Source: a virus (lineage: Duplodnaviria > Caudoviricetes). From it: a stretch of DNA of 42,546 nucleotides. The position numbers and the translations under genes were made by a program. Positions 31,554-41,285 of the stretch are shown one piece after another. The DNA lies in IMG/VR virus record IMGVR_UViG_3300037440_000362, positions 1 to 42,546 of that record; one strand, 5' to 3'. The number at the start of each line of letters is the position of its first letter. The stretch's first letter is position 1. Below the pieces are notes generated by a model that ran no database searches, was not told the origin of the DNA, and saw only the letters and a list, made by a program, of their open reading frames with translations.

Positions 31554-33743
31554 TTACAGTGCAGGGCCTCCTCGGACCTCGTGTGCCGGGCGCTGCTTGC
31601 GCTCGCGCTTTTTGCCTGCGTCGTCCTTCAACCAGTCCTTGGCCTGCTGCTCCAGGAGGTCCAGCTTCTCCGACTCAAGCTCGATGGCTCGTTTTTCCGC
31701 CGGGGTCGCCTTGGCCTTGTCCTTGTTGCGCTTCGCTCGCTGCAGTGTGATCAGTTCTAGCGCCTTCTCCACGCGACTCTTTGTGACGTTCCCCTGTAGC
31801 AGCACGCCGATGCTGCGCGTCTTGTTTGTCTCGAACCGTTGGGAACGGAGCACGTCGCTCGTGTTGGGGTCGCGGTCCTGTTCACGCATACCTCGACGAA
31901 CAGCGCCGAAGAGACCCTCGCCGTCGTCCTCGGGTCCACGGAGTCCTTCGTCCTTGGTCACGGTGGGCCCTTTGCGGACTGACTCAGCGACAGAGTGAAC
32001 GTCTCGCGGGGTGAGCATGTCGCGAGCCATCGGGATGGCCTTGCCCTCCAGGCCAGAGATTCCGTAACCCAGGCCACGCAGCGTGTTGTCCACTTGCCGG
32101 CGGCGGATATTCCCTGCGTTTTGCAACACCCTCAAAGTTTCCCCGCTGTCGAGAAGGCGAAAGAACTTCTGGGGGTTGTCAATTCCGCCAATGGACTGCT
32201 TCGCAATCTCCATATCCTTGTCGGACGGAATGCCTTTGATGGCCTCTTGCATCATCATCTGCACGTTAGCCATCAGCGCAGCCTGAGTCTGCTTGTCCGC
32301 GTCATTGATGAGATTGCGGTTGGCCCCCAGCCACGACATGGTCGCGTAGGCATCAAGTAGCTGCTTGCCCGCGGTCATCTGAGCGCGAAGCTCTCTCTGT
32401 TCTGGGGGAGACAACGCACTAATGTCCAGACCACCGGCGACGAACCCCCGTTCTCCCTCGGATCCGATACGTGTCGGCGTCTCCCCTTGGGTGTTGGTGA
32501 AGTGTGAACCCTCCGGTGGGTACAGCAGGCCCGTGACAGTGCCTGCCTCCGCAGGCTTCTTCCCGCCACCGCCAACCTTCATCGAGGCAGCTGCCTTCAG
32601 CGCGGAAAGCTCGAGGGTCTTGCGGGCCAAGGTGCGCTTAAAGGCCGCCTCGTAGTAAGCCGCCTTCTGCTCCTGAATCTGACCGAGCAGGGCCTCAGCC
32701 CGCTGCTGCGCAACACCGGACTTCATGCCGGCTACGCTTTTCTGAAGCTGCACCTCAATCTGCTGAAGCTTGTTAGCCCGGAGGAGGTTGTCCTGTGAGA
32801 TGCGGTCGGTGAGCCCCTCGCGGAGAAGGCCCAGCTCGCTGACTTTGCGGGACCGGCTGCGCTCCTTGATGCCGACGTTCGCCCGCTGAGCCGCGATATC
32901 CTGCTCCACCATGCGGTTGATAAGCTCAAGGCCTGTGTTGCGGCCTGTCTTGTTCGACACACCCAGCATTCCACCGAGTGCGGCCGAGATCACCACAGCG
33001 ACCTTCTGCCAGGCGCTGCGTGTACTCCACCAACGGCCCGGGTCTACCCGCGTCTGCTCCAGGTCTTTGTCCAGAGCAGCAAGCTCCGCGGTCGTGTCGG
33101 TGCGGAGACGCTGGTAGTCCTCGATAGCTTCTGCGTCGGCGGTCTCTTGGTCGGACAGCACCTTGAGCGTGTCGGTGGCAGCGGTCTGCTCAAAGCCCCC
33201 AGCCTTGCCGGCGAGGTCCGCCTCCCGTCTTACCGCGTTCTGCGCGTGCTCCGTGGCCGACCTTTCGGCCTTCGCGATGGGCACCTCAACACCAACGAGG
33301 TCCGTGCGGAGTGCGAGGTCACCAGCAAGCTCGCGTCGGTCACGCTGCTGTGCAACAGCGTCCAGAGTCTGCTGCGGGGCAACGGTGGGCGGCTCTGCCG
33401 GCGCTCCACTAACAGCGTCAACACCGAAGTCGCTGTCCCCCGGTCGCGGCGGGTCAATGGAAAGTATTCCTTCCCCGCCGGGGGGGATTTGGTCAAAACT
33501 GTTGTCGTTAGGTGAACCCTGCTGCGGACCCTCGGGGTAGGAAACGATTCCCTCACCGCCCGGGGGCAGAGCGTTAAACGCAGCCTCCTCAGCCGGGTCG
33601 GGCATGACCGGAACAGCTTGGGGCAGCGTCGTCGGTCCGGGTCCGCCCGTGAAGAGGCCTGAGCGGTTCAGGACGGGCGCGGGAATGACAACAACCCCGC
33701 TCTCGTTCACCGCATTGCCTTGTTCGTCCAAAGTAAGTGGCAT
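31554..33743 (-). CDS. Internal virion / ejection protein (729 aa)
   Basis: Pro-rich N-terminus, one hydrophobic segment (VAVVISAALGGMLG), long coiled-coils. Confidence 0.6.
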   Translation of the reverse strand: MPLTLDEQGNAVNESGVVVIPAPVLNRSGLFTGGPGPTTLPQAVPVMPDPAEEAAFNALPPGGEGIVSYPEGPQQGSPNDNSFDQIPPGGEGILSIDPPRPGDSDFGVDAVSGAPAEPPTVAPQQTLDAVAQQRDRRELAGDLALRTDLVGVEVPIAKAERSATEHAQNAVRREADLAGKAGGFEQTAATDTLKVLSDQETADAEAIEDYQRLRTDTTAELAALDKDLEQTRVDPGRWWSTRSAWQKVAVVISAALGGMLGVSNKTGRNTGLELINRMVEQDIAAQRANVGIKERSRSRKVSELGLLREGLTDRISQDNLLRANKLQQIEVQLQKSVAGMKSGVAQQRAEALLGQIQEQKAAYYEAAFKRTLARKTLELSALKAAASMKVGGGGKKPAEAGTVTGLLYPPEGSHFTNTQGETPTRIGSEGERGFVAGGLDISALSPPEQRELRAQMTAGKQLLDAYATMSWLGANRNLINDADKQTQAALMANVQMMMQEAIKGIPSDKDMEIAKQSIGGIDNPQKFFRLLDSGETLRVLQNAGNIRRRQVDNTLRGLGYGISGLEGKAIPMARDMLTPRDVHSVAESVRKGPTVTKDEGLRGPEDDGEGLFGAVRRGMREQDRDPNTSDVLRSQRFETNKTRSIGVLLQGNVTKSRVEKALELITLQRAKRNKDKAKATPAEKRAIELESEKLDLLEQQAKDWLKDDAGKKRERKQRPAHEVRGGPAL

Positions 33744-33746
33744 TCT

Positions 33747-34739
33747 CTACATTCCAAGCATCGACAAGAGACCGCCCCGCTGCTCTTGCTGCGGCTGCTG
33801 CTGAGCGTCCGCCCGGCGCTTTCGCTCGATCTCTTCTAGCCGGCGGTTCATGTCCGCTGTCGCGGCCGCAAGAGCACCGGCGAGCTTGCCCCCGTCGATC
33901 CCCTTACCCTCTGGGGTCTCGACAACCATCGACTGACCCTCCGGAGTGCGCTCGAGGTCCTGGGCCATGATGCCCACGTGTTGACCCTCACCGTGCCGTG
34001 CGGGGTCCCTGTAGCGGTAGGAGGCTGGCTCGAGGCTGTGGAGCATTCGTCTAACCCCAGCCGAACCGTCCTCTACATCGGTCTTGGCCCGCATGTCGGA
34101 CAGCGCCCCGAGAGCCCCGAGGGCTCCAGCAAGCAGTCCCGTACCTCGCTCCCCGGCAGTCGGCACCTGCGCCATGGCGCCGAACCGGTTACCCCGCTGC
34201 TCCTCGATCCGACCGAAGGCGTCGATAGCCTGACCTCGCCCGCCGAGTGCACCCTGAAGGCCGAGGTTTCCAAGCTGGCTCGCAGCCCCCTGGCGCTCCT
34301 GAATACCCGCGGTAGCCTGCTGCCCCGCCAGCCCAGCACCCATCATTGCGGCATTGTTCTGTGCGGTACGGGCGGCCATTGCAGCATTACCGGGCCGAGC
34401 GCCGGCGGCCATCGCCTGCTGTCCCGCTACGTTCTGTTGAAGACCCTGGCGGAGCTGCTCACCAGAAAGGGACTCCTCACCGCGCATGATACGCCCGAGG
34501 TGACCCATGGACTGACCGTAACCGGTCGTCCCGCGGTCGGCGAGCTGGCTAGCCAAACCACCTTGAGTGGCGAGGTTGCCTTCAGGGTCCACCTGACGAA
34601 ACTCGTTGTCGCCGCGGCTGGCGGCCATCCCGCCGACAAGCTTCCCTGGTGCGGACTTAACCTTATCCCACCAGGTCCTGTTTCCGCCGGTCCCCTGACT
34701 CTCCGGGGGCGGCGCTTCCCACTGCGGTCCAAACGGCAT
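33747..34739 (-). CDS. Ejection/pilot-like protein with C-terminal peptidase S74 chaperone domain
   Basis: Gly/Ala/Gln-rich body; SDMRAKTDV...YRYR...GIMAQDLE...coiled-coil end. Confidence 0.75.
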   Translation of the reverse strand: MPFGPQWEAPPPESQGTGGNRTWWDKVKSAPGKLVGGMAASRGDNEFRQVDPEGNLATQGGLASQLADRGTTGYGQSMGHLGRIMRGEESLSGEQLRQGLQQNVAGQQAMAAGARPGNAAMAARTAQNNAAMMGAGLAGQQATAGIQERQGAASQLGNLGLQGALGGRGQAIDAFGRIEEQRGNRFGAMAQVPTAGERGTGLLAGALGALGALSDMRAKTDVEDGSAGVRRMLHSLEPASYRYRDPARHGEGQHVGIMAQDLERTPEGQSMVVETPEGKGIDGGKLAGALAAATADMNRRLEEIERKRRADAQQQPQQEQRGGLLSMLGM

Positions 34740-34758
34740 GGTCTGGCTCCTCTCTTAA

Positions 34759-37700
34759 TTAATGGCTCTGCGTCTCGGGCAGGCGTCCAACACCACCACG
34801 CATCCCAAGCTCAAACGTGAGCCCGGTCAGCGATGTTTCTCTCAGCGTTCCTGGCGAGGCGTCATCACCTAGTGTCAGGCGGACCTTTACCGAACTCACC
34901 TTTTGCTTGCTGAAACGAAAGCGCCTCCGCAGCAGCGAACTCGACGCGGGCAGTTCCACTACAGTGTCATCCACCCAAGTCTCGTTGTCGTTATACGCCA
35001 CCCGAACACGCAGCTCGGGCTCAACCGTAGTGTCCACGTCGCCGAGAACAGCGAACCGCCTCGCCCTTCCAAAGCCGACCAGGTTGCCGAACCGCACCCA
35101 CGCGGTCTCAACATCCAGCTCGTAGTCCACGCCGGTGTAGTCCTCGCGCTCGACGAACACCCCGTCTTCGGTGGCGTAAACGTAACTGCCCTGCCACACC
35201 ACAGCGTCCACCGCGTCCTCGATAGACCACGTAGCCCACTGCCCCGTCTTGGTGTTGAGTACCATCGCCCGCGAAGCGGTGAGGCAGCGAACCTCGTGCT
35301 GGTCCTCCACCACAGTCACCGCAACAACACTCTCGCCGTCGAACTCCTCCACAGGGCCGCCGATGTACTGCACCGCCAGGCCACGGTTGAGGGCGTGCCA
35401 GCCGCGCTGCGACTTGAACACGACGCCATCAGCGGTAACGCCCACAGCCTCGGCCGAAACGGCTCCCACGTCAGGGGTGATCAGCTGCGGCTCGTAGTTG
35501 GCTCCACCCCCAAGGTTGTCGTGTCCGTCACCAGCGAGCGCGTAAACGGCCTGCTCGGTGAAGACAACAGCCACCTCATTCATCACAGCGAGCGCCGTCA
35601 CAGCACCTGTCTGCGCAGGGAGGTCCACGCTGAGAAGGTCGTTGAAGTTGGCGACCTCGCCCGCGGCGCGGTATTTGGAGTAACGCACCTGATACGGGTT
35701 GCCCGCGACACCAGCAAGAAACAACCTGTCCCGAGCTGCCGCAATGAGGGCAGCAGGAGGCGGGGCCATGTTTTCGAGCACCCCAACATTCTCTGGGTTG
35801 GGGGACTTCTCGATCACTTCGTCGTCGGTGAAGTCGTCGGTGAACGTCGTCGCAAAGCCTCCAGTGCGCGTGTTCTGTAGATACGCGTTGTCCCCGCTAA
35901 CTGTGTTGGGGTTGAGGCCGGTGACCAGGTAGAACGGCGCGCCCACGGGGGCCTCGCGGATAGTGCGCCAGAGTTCCAACGCCGCTGTCGGCCGGCGCGT
36001 GTGGTTAATACCTGCGACCGAAAACACCGCCTCTTGGTTGGCCGTGAGCGTCACTGACCCGTGCGTGGCGGTTGTGGACCGGTCCAGCTCGCCCTGCGCG
36101 TTCTCGCCGGAAAGCGTGGCCTTGTAGGCTCGAGTGCCTGCCTCTTGCGATCCACTGCCAAGCGGTGCGGCGGCGAAATACCACGGCGCAACAGGCCAGC
36201 CCAACTCGACAACGCTCTGCCCGTCATACTGAAGCACCTCGCCACCCGTCAGGTACAGTGTGCGACCGGTCTCTGCTGTGCGCCGTGCCTCGTTTGAGTC
36301 AAACTCCACAACGGTCTCTCGCGGAGTTCGAGCCGCGTACGAGGTGGCCACGGCGCGGTCATCGTCATCGAAGTCCCCGAGCGGGATCACGCGACGTTCA
36401 ACACCCATGAAGGCATAGCGCCCGTCACCGAGGTCCTGAACGCCGGGAAGGTGCCGTGTGATCTGTCCGAAGCCGCCCGCAACACCGGGGGCCGCCTTCG
36501 CAACGTAGGCGTTGAGCCCGCCGTCAACCTGGTAGAGGAAGTAAGTGTTCTGCAGCGCGGCGCGAAAGCCTAGCGGCTCGGCCATTCCAGCGGTGCCCGA
36601 CTCGCAGGCGAATACTCCCCAAACGTAGACGTGCCCGTCAGCGTGGGCGAAGGCGTGCGAAGCCAGCCCAGTACGCAACGCGATCGTTGTGCCCGCCGTG
36701 GACTCGGCGTTCCCCTCTGTGTCGATGTAGGACCGAGTGAAGTTGAACGACGTAGAGCTAGCTGTTTCGGCGCTGGACCAAACCGCGTAACAGCGATACT
36801 CGCCACCGGACTCGGCGGTAGCGCGGAAAGCCGTAGTAATCTGGTTGTCTGCGGCAGCAACGTTGCCGATGTCTACGTCTGTACCGGTAGCGGTCAACGT
36901 GTCCACGCCGTCGAACACAAACACCGAACCGACCACGTTGGTGCCGTTCACCTGGGCGACGGCAACATCTACAGCGGCGCCAGAACCCCGAGCAGCAATA
37001 GAAAGAGCACCGTCCGCAGTGACTGCGGTGTTCTGCGCCTCAACAAACGTGCCGCTCTCATCGTGCACTCGGACGAACACCGCCAGACCAACCGGTGGAG
37101 GTCGTGCGACGACGAAAGAGAATCCGTCAGCAGCGGCAACGTCGTACGCGCGAGCACCCGCGGAGATGGCCACGACAGGTGTGGACCATTGGCTTGTGTC
37201 ACCCACGTCTGCGGGGTCAATTACCGTCAGATAAACGTCGGAATACTGATCCTCTGCGTCGAACGTTTCCAACGCGAACAGGTGAAACGTTTCGCCGACA
37301 ACCAGAACCCTGGGGTTATGCACACCCGAAATTCCTGGAATAGCCTGCGGCTCGAGGAGCACAGCACCTGTCTCCACGTCCAGGGCGGCGATCTTCGCGT
37401 CGGAAGTCGCTCCCTCCTGCCAGACGTAGACGGCCACACCATCAAGCTCGGCCCGGTCGGCAAACAGCTGCTCCGCGGGGGAGGCGAACCGCGTCTGCTC
37501 GGTCACCTTGGGGGCGAGGTAGTCCGCGCGTTCCTGCCAGTCGTTCAGGCCCGGTGACCAGCTGTAGAGGCCCGTGTCGGTGAACAGCAGAAGCTCATCA
37601 CGGTAGGCTGCTAGCTTGCGCACCGTACCCGGGACAGAGGCCAGCGCACTGTACGGGTGGCGGAGGCTGATTCCTCCGCGAGTGCTGAACTTGGCGTTGA

Positions 37701-37800
37701 TCGCCTTTGCAAGGTGAGGAGCCTCGAGCGCACGCGGGTCAATCCCGGTATCGATGCCCGCGATCAGCGGGTAGTCAACAGTGTTCCAGGCGAGGGCCAC
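34759..37800 (-). CDS. Tail tubular / head-stabilisation (nozzle) protein (1013 aa)
   Basis: Beta-propeller-like repeats, DRLFLAG..VRYSK, C-terminal ETAW..G..R; podovirus gene order. Confidence 0.65.
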   Translation of the reverse strand: MALAWNTVDYPLIAGIDTGIDPRALEAPHLAKAINAKFSTRGGISLRHPYSALASVPGTVRKLAAYRDELLLFTDTGLYSWSPGLNDWQERADYLAPKVTEQTRFASPAEQLFADRAELDGVAVYVWQEGATSDAKIAALDVETGAVLLEPQAIPGISGVHNPRVLVVGETFHLFALETFDAEDQYSDVYLTVIDPADVGDTSQWSTPVVAISAGARAYDVAAADGFSFVVARPPPVGLAVFVRVHDESGTFVEAQNTAVTADGALSIAARGSGAAVDVAVAQVNGTNVVGSVFVFDGVDTLTATGTDVDIGNVAAADNQITTAFRATAESGGEYRCYAVWSSAETASSTSFNFTRSYIDTEGNAESTAGTTIALRTGLASHAFAHADGHVYVWGVFACESGTAGMAEPLGFRAALQNTYFLYQVDGGLNAYVAKAAPGVAGGFGQITRHLPGVQDLGDGRYAFMGVERRVIPLGDFDDDDRAVATSYAARTPRETVVEFDSNEARRTAETGRTLYLTGGEVLQYDGQSVVELGWPVAPWYFAAAPLGSGSQEAGTRAYKATLSGENAQGELDRSTTATHGSVTLTANQEAVFSVAGINHTRRPTAALELWRTIREAPVGAPFYLVTGLNPNTVSGDNAYLQNTRTGGFATTFTDDFTDDEVIEKSPNPENVGVLENMAPPPAALIAAARDRLFLAGVAGNPYQVRYSKYRAAGEVANFNDLLSVDLPAQTGAVTALAVMNEVAVVFTEQAVYALAGDGHDNLGGGANYEPQLITPDVGAVSAEAVGVTADGVVFKSQRGWHALNRGLAVQYIGGPVEEFDGESVVAVTVVEDQHEVRCLTASRAMVLNTKTGQWATWSIEDAVDAVVWQGSYVYATEDGVFVEREDYTGVDYELDVETAWVRFGNLVGFGRARRFAVLGDVDTTVEPELRVRVAYNDNETWVDDTVVELPASSSLLRRRFRFSKQKVSSVKVRLTLGDDASPGTLRETSLTGLTFELGMRGGVGRLPETQSH

Positions 37801-38315
37801 TACGCCGTCCTAACAATTTCCAGGGTTACGATCGGCTGGATGGCGGTGTCTCCAGCGAGGTCACCGAGCGGGTCGGCAACGACACCAAGGGCGCTCCCGG
37901 CGTTAAACCGGATCGCCCGGCCGGCGAGCAACACCTCGCCCGTCGCACCCGTCGCCAGTTCGACAGTCAGCGCTGTGTCGGAATCATTAATCCGTGCGGT
38001 GTACCGAACAGCCGAGCCCGGGCCGTTGACGTTGGGGTGCCGGACTGACAGGCTGCGTAGTTCCCCATCAAACGGGGCGATGACCGAGGCGTCGGAGGCC
38101 GAGGCGACGGCGTTGGCTGTCATGGGCGCGGAAGTCAAGTACCTCACCGCCGTGCTGTGAACGTCGCGGGCGCCGAAGACTAGAAGCGTCGGAGGGTCAT
38201 CAACCTTCCCAGCCTCCCGTAGCCTGCGCTCAAGGCTCTTAATCTGCTCGCGCAACGACCGGAAGTTTCGCTCAATGAGCGGGTCGTCAACCTTGCCCGT
38301 AAACGGCTGAGGCAT
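37800..38315 (-). CDS. Probable tail protein
   Basis: ATG 38315 (TAATG overlap); N-terminal coiled-coil followed by a beta domain. Confidence 0.55.
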   Translation of the reverse strand: MPQPFTGKVDDPLIERNFRSLREQIKSLERRLREAGKVDDPPTLLVFGARDVHSTAVRYLTSAPMTANAVASASDASVIAPFDGELRSLSVRHPNVNGPGSAVRYTARINDSDTALTVELATGATGEVLLAGRAIRFNAGSALGVVADPLGDLAGDTAIQPIVTLEIVRTA

Positions 38316-39022
38316 TATCGGCCGAACCAGAAGTCGGGATCGGTCATCCCTGGGAGGCCCCACACGTTGTATTGCATGGGCTTCTTGCGCACGTCTACGA
38401 TGCGGCGTGGGTTGGCCATGTCCCGGTCAAACGAGACAGCCCGAATCTCTTTCTCAATCCGGTTTCGCTCAAAAATCAGTGTGGAGGCCTCTGCCTCCTC
38501 TTTGAGGAGCATCTTGATCGCCACGTCGTAGACGATCCACTCCTCCCAGCCGTTGACGCCGTCGAAGCTGTCACCGCCCGCAGAGAGCACCTCCGCGTTG
38601 GTGACGTAAACATGTTTGTAGGATCCGCTAGCCGGGGCAGGAATGAGCACCAGGTTGCCCGCGCTCAGGCGGTAGCCAATAGCTCGCCCTGTAGTGGTCT
38701 GCGGAAACCGGTTACGCTCGCGGAACATGACCCGGGACAGGTCGCCACGCTCCCCCTGGGAGTCCACGTGCTCCACGGCAAGGGTGCGGTAGTAGTCTGC
38801 GGGAAGCGCGTAGCTAGCTGAGCCATCCGCGGTGATGTCGTCCACCGCTTCGAACCGCTCCGGGACAGCCTGGGCGACCATGCCGTGCCACAGCCCGTAC
38901 GAGGCGTTGATCATGCCGTCCAGCTCCGTGTCGTCCACGAAAGCGTCGGCCCCTGCGGCCTCCATGTCGGCCATCTCGCGCGCACGTCGGCGCAGCGTCG
39001 TCAAAGTTACAGAGCGAGCCAT
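38315..39022 (-). CDS. Head-tail adaptor / tail tubular protein A
   Basis: TLTTLRRRAREMAD..D.EL..MIN..Y, YALPADY, L.L.PAP, IVYDVA. Confidence 0.7.
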   Translation of the reverse strand: MARSVTLTTLRRRAREMADMEAAGADAFVDDTELDGMINASYGLWHGMVAQAVPERFEAVDDITADGSASYALPADYYRTLAVEHVDSQGERGDLSRVMFRERNRFPQTTTGRAIGYRLSAGNLVLIPAPASGSYKHVYVTNAEVLSAGGDSFDGVNGWEEWIVYDVAIKMLLKEEAEASTLIFERNRIEKEIRAVSFDRDMANPRRIVDVRKKPMQYNVWGLPGMTDPDFWFGR

Positions 39023-39029
39023 AGAGAAC

Positions 39030-39057
39030 AAAAGGGGGCGGGACGAGCCCGCCCCCT
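39030..39057 (-). terminator. Intrinsic terminator after the capsid gene cluster
   Basis: AGGGGGCGGG-CTCGT-CCCGCCCCCT then TTTGTT on the minus strand. Confidence 0.75.
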
Positions 39058-39064
39058 CCCTTTG

Positions 39065-39604
39065 CTATTTCATGCTGCGAAGCGCCCGAGTCACTGCTGG
39101 TGACTGCGGTAGCGGCCGAGTCTCACGCTCTGCCTCTTGCCTGCTGATGCGGTCGAGGGCCATCTTGACTGCGGGAGACGTTCCGCCGCCCCCAGGGTCA
39201 ACGGGCGTCAGAGCCCTCACGTGCGCTGACCCGCGCCCCGGTAGTGGGACGTACTCAGCCGTATCCCGCGGCACGTAATCAGGATCCGCCGGCGTGGACC
39301 TTACGTTGAGGACCTCGTCGGTGTTCGGGTCCTGGAGTCTGTACTCCAGAGGAAGCTCGTCCGGCCTTCCCGGGTACACCCGATCCTCACCGGTCCGCGG
39401 GTCCTTGTAGAGGTAGTTCGGCCTTGGTTGCTCGAGAGACTCGAACTGCTGCCTCTCCGTCTCACGTGGAGACAGCTCGGCCTGGTACCGCTCGTTGGCC
39501 TGCCCTCTGAGCCTCTCAACCTCCTCCGGGGCAACCAAGCCCGACGCGTCGAGCGCGTCGAGCATGGTCAATACCTTGCGGAAGTTGTCAGGGTTCTTAG
39601 GCAC
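39065..39604 (-). CDS. Hypothetical protein in the head module
   Basis: 179-aa ORF starting 2 nt after the previous stop. Confidence 0.6.
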   Translation of the reverse strand: MPKNPDNFRKVLTMLDALDASGLVAPEEVERLRGQANERYQAELSPRETERQQFESLEQPRPNYLYKDPRTGEDRVYPGRPDELPLEYRLQDPNTDEVLNVRSTPADPDYVPRDTAEYVPLPGRGSAHVRALTPVDPGGGGTSPAVKMALDRISRQEAERETRPLPQSPAVTRALRSMK

Positions 39605-39606
39605 GA

Positions 39607-40005
39607 CTACGCACTCGCAGCAAGCCGACCACCCTCAGAACTCTGAGTGCAGTACAGCTCGACCACGACGGTCTCATCTGTGGTGTCAGCCGCCGTCCAG
39701 GTGCCCCCGGAGTTGGTGTACGTCTTAAGAGTCACCACACCGGTGTCCTGCACGTACCCCGAGGACACGACCTTGAGATCCGCGTCGTCCTCTTCGTGGT
39801 AGCAGTTGACCGCAACCCAAAACGGCTTCTTCGACCCGATGAACGTGATGGTGATCGTGCCTGTACCGGAACGCTCAATCAGCACGTCGTTGCCGTAGTT
39901 CGGGACCAGACCGTCGGGATCCGACGTGTTGTTGGTCTCAAACTTCATGACCAGCTTGTACGGGTTAACGAAGTTGCCGTTTAGCCCGCTGATGTTGAAG
40001 GCCAT
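39607..40005 (-). CDS. Putative capsid decoration/cement protein
   Basis: GGGAGG RBS; Thr/Gly-rich beta protein directly after the major capsid gene. Confidence 0.55.
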   Translation of the reverse strand: MAFNISGLNGNFVNPYKLVMKFETNNTSDPDGLVPNYGNDVLIERSGTGTITITFIGSKKPFWVAVNCYHEEDDADLKVVSSGYVQDTGVVTLKTYTNSGGTWTAADTTDETVVVELYCTQSSEGGRLAASA

Positions 40006-40016
40006 ATCAGCCTCCC

Positions 40017-41243
40017 TTACGCGGTCGCGACAGACATCACCCCGTTGAAACCCGGGGCGTAGCAGACCAGCTCGCCGAAGTAGCGGGCACGGTACTGAAT
40101 GTCGTCAGTGGTGGCTCCGCGGAGGGCGTTGAGGCCGTCGTCGCGGATGATATGCGGCACCTGGCCCATATGCGCCAGCTCCCACGTGTTCTTCTGGAGC
40201 ATGTACGCCAGGTCAGGCGGACAGCCGATGTCGAAGATGACCTTGATCGGGCCAGTCACGAACGACTGGAGCGTGAAGCCGCTGAACCCGAACTTGGCGT
40301 TCCCGCCGTCAGTGCGCTCAACCTGGGTGTCGAGCTGCTCCGCCAGCTGGAGGCCAGCGCGAGGATTCATGAACCACGCGTCAGGCTCACCACCGAACTC
40401 GGAGATGAGCATGGCCAGCTCCTGGCCGTTCTCTAGAATGGAGCGCCCCGAGTTGTCCACGCGGTGCCCAGAAAGGGCCGCCACGTTCTTGCTCCGGTTG
40501 AGGGAGAAGAAAGAGTCACTCCCAGTGGGAGCGGTCATCGGCAGCCAGCCCGCGAGGCCGGTCACCTTGGCGTCCGGGTCACCCTCAGTGAAGAGGAAGT
40601 CTGTGGCCTCCCACGCGCTGTCAGCAACAGCCTCGCCGTCAACCAGAAGGGTACCGGCACCATGGTTGATACCAATGACCTTGTAGGACTCCCCCGAGTC
40701 ACGCAGGGTGGTGTCGTTGTCGGTGTCGTTGGCAACAATGAACTGGTTCAGTCCAAAGTTGTAAGTGTCCGACTTATTGGTCAGGGTGATAGTCGCTTCG
40801 GCGGTACCGTCAGAAATCGCGCTGATCACACCAATCGAGCCAGAGCCCGACCGGTACAGGGCCAGGTGGAGCGACTTACCCAGGTTACGGATGGTTCCGT
40901 TGATCTGGGTTTCCTTCGACCGAACGAAGCTACCAACATCCTTCGAGGCAGCCATGATGGCCTCGCCCTCGATCTCGACGACCTGGTAGTCCTTCTTCCT
41001 CGCGGTGACAACGAACTTGTCCTGCGAGGTGTTCGAGGCGTTGGTAATAGCGGTAGCGAGCCCCGCACTGCGACCCTGGGGATCGTCATGCAGGACAGGG
41101 ACAACGTAGGTGTCGCCGTAAAAGGCGTCCTTACGGGGCAGCCACTCGAGAAGCGGTCGCTTCCGTTTGGCCAGAGACTCAACCCGCCGGGGCGGATAAA
41201 TCTCCTTCATCATCGCGTCAAACGCGCTGACAGAAAGAGCCAT
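40017..41243 (-). CDS. Major capsid protein
   Basis: 408 aa after the scaffold gene; FDAMMKEIYP, LALYRSGSGSIG, C-terminal YFGELVCYAPGFNG. Confidence 0.8.
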   Translation of the reverse strand: MALSVSAFDAMMKEIYPPRRVESLAKRKRPLLEWLPRKDAFYGDTYVVPVLHDDPQGRSAGLATAITNASNTSQDKFVVTARKKDYQVVEIEGEAIMAASKDVGSFVRSKETQINGTIRNLGKSLHLALYRSGSGSIGVISAISDGTAEATITLTNKSDTYNFGLNQFIVANDTDNDTTLRDSGESYKVIGINHGAGTLLVDGEAVADSAWEATDFLFTEGDPDAKVTGLAGWLPMTAPTGSDSFFSLNRSKNVAALSGHRVDNSGRSILENGQELAMLISEFGGEPDAWFMNPRAGLQLAEQLDTQVERTDGGNAKFGFSGFTLQSFVTGPIKVIFDIGCPPDLAYMLQKNTWELAHMGQVPHIIRDDGLNALRGATTDDIQYRARYFGELVCYAPGFNGVMSVATA

Positions 41244-41285
41244 GATAAGGGTCCTCTGTCCGCGCTACGGATGGGCTTTATGGGG

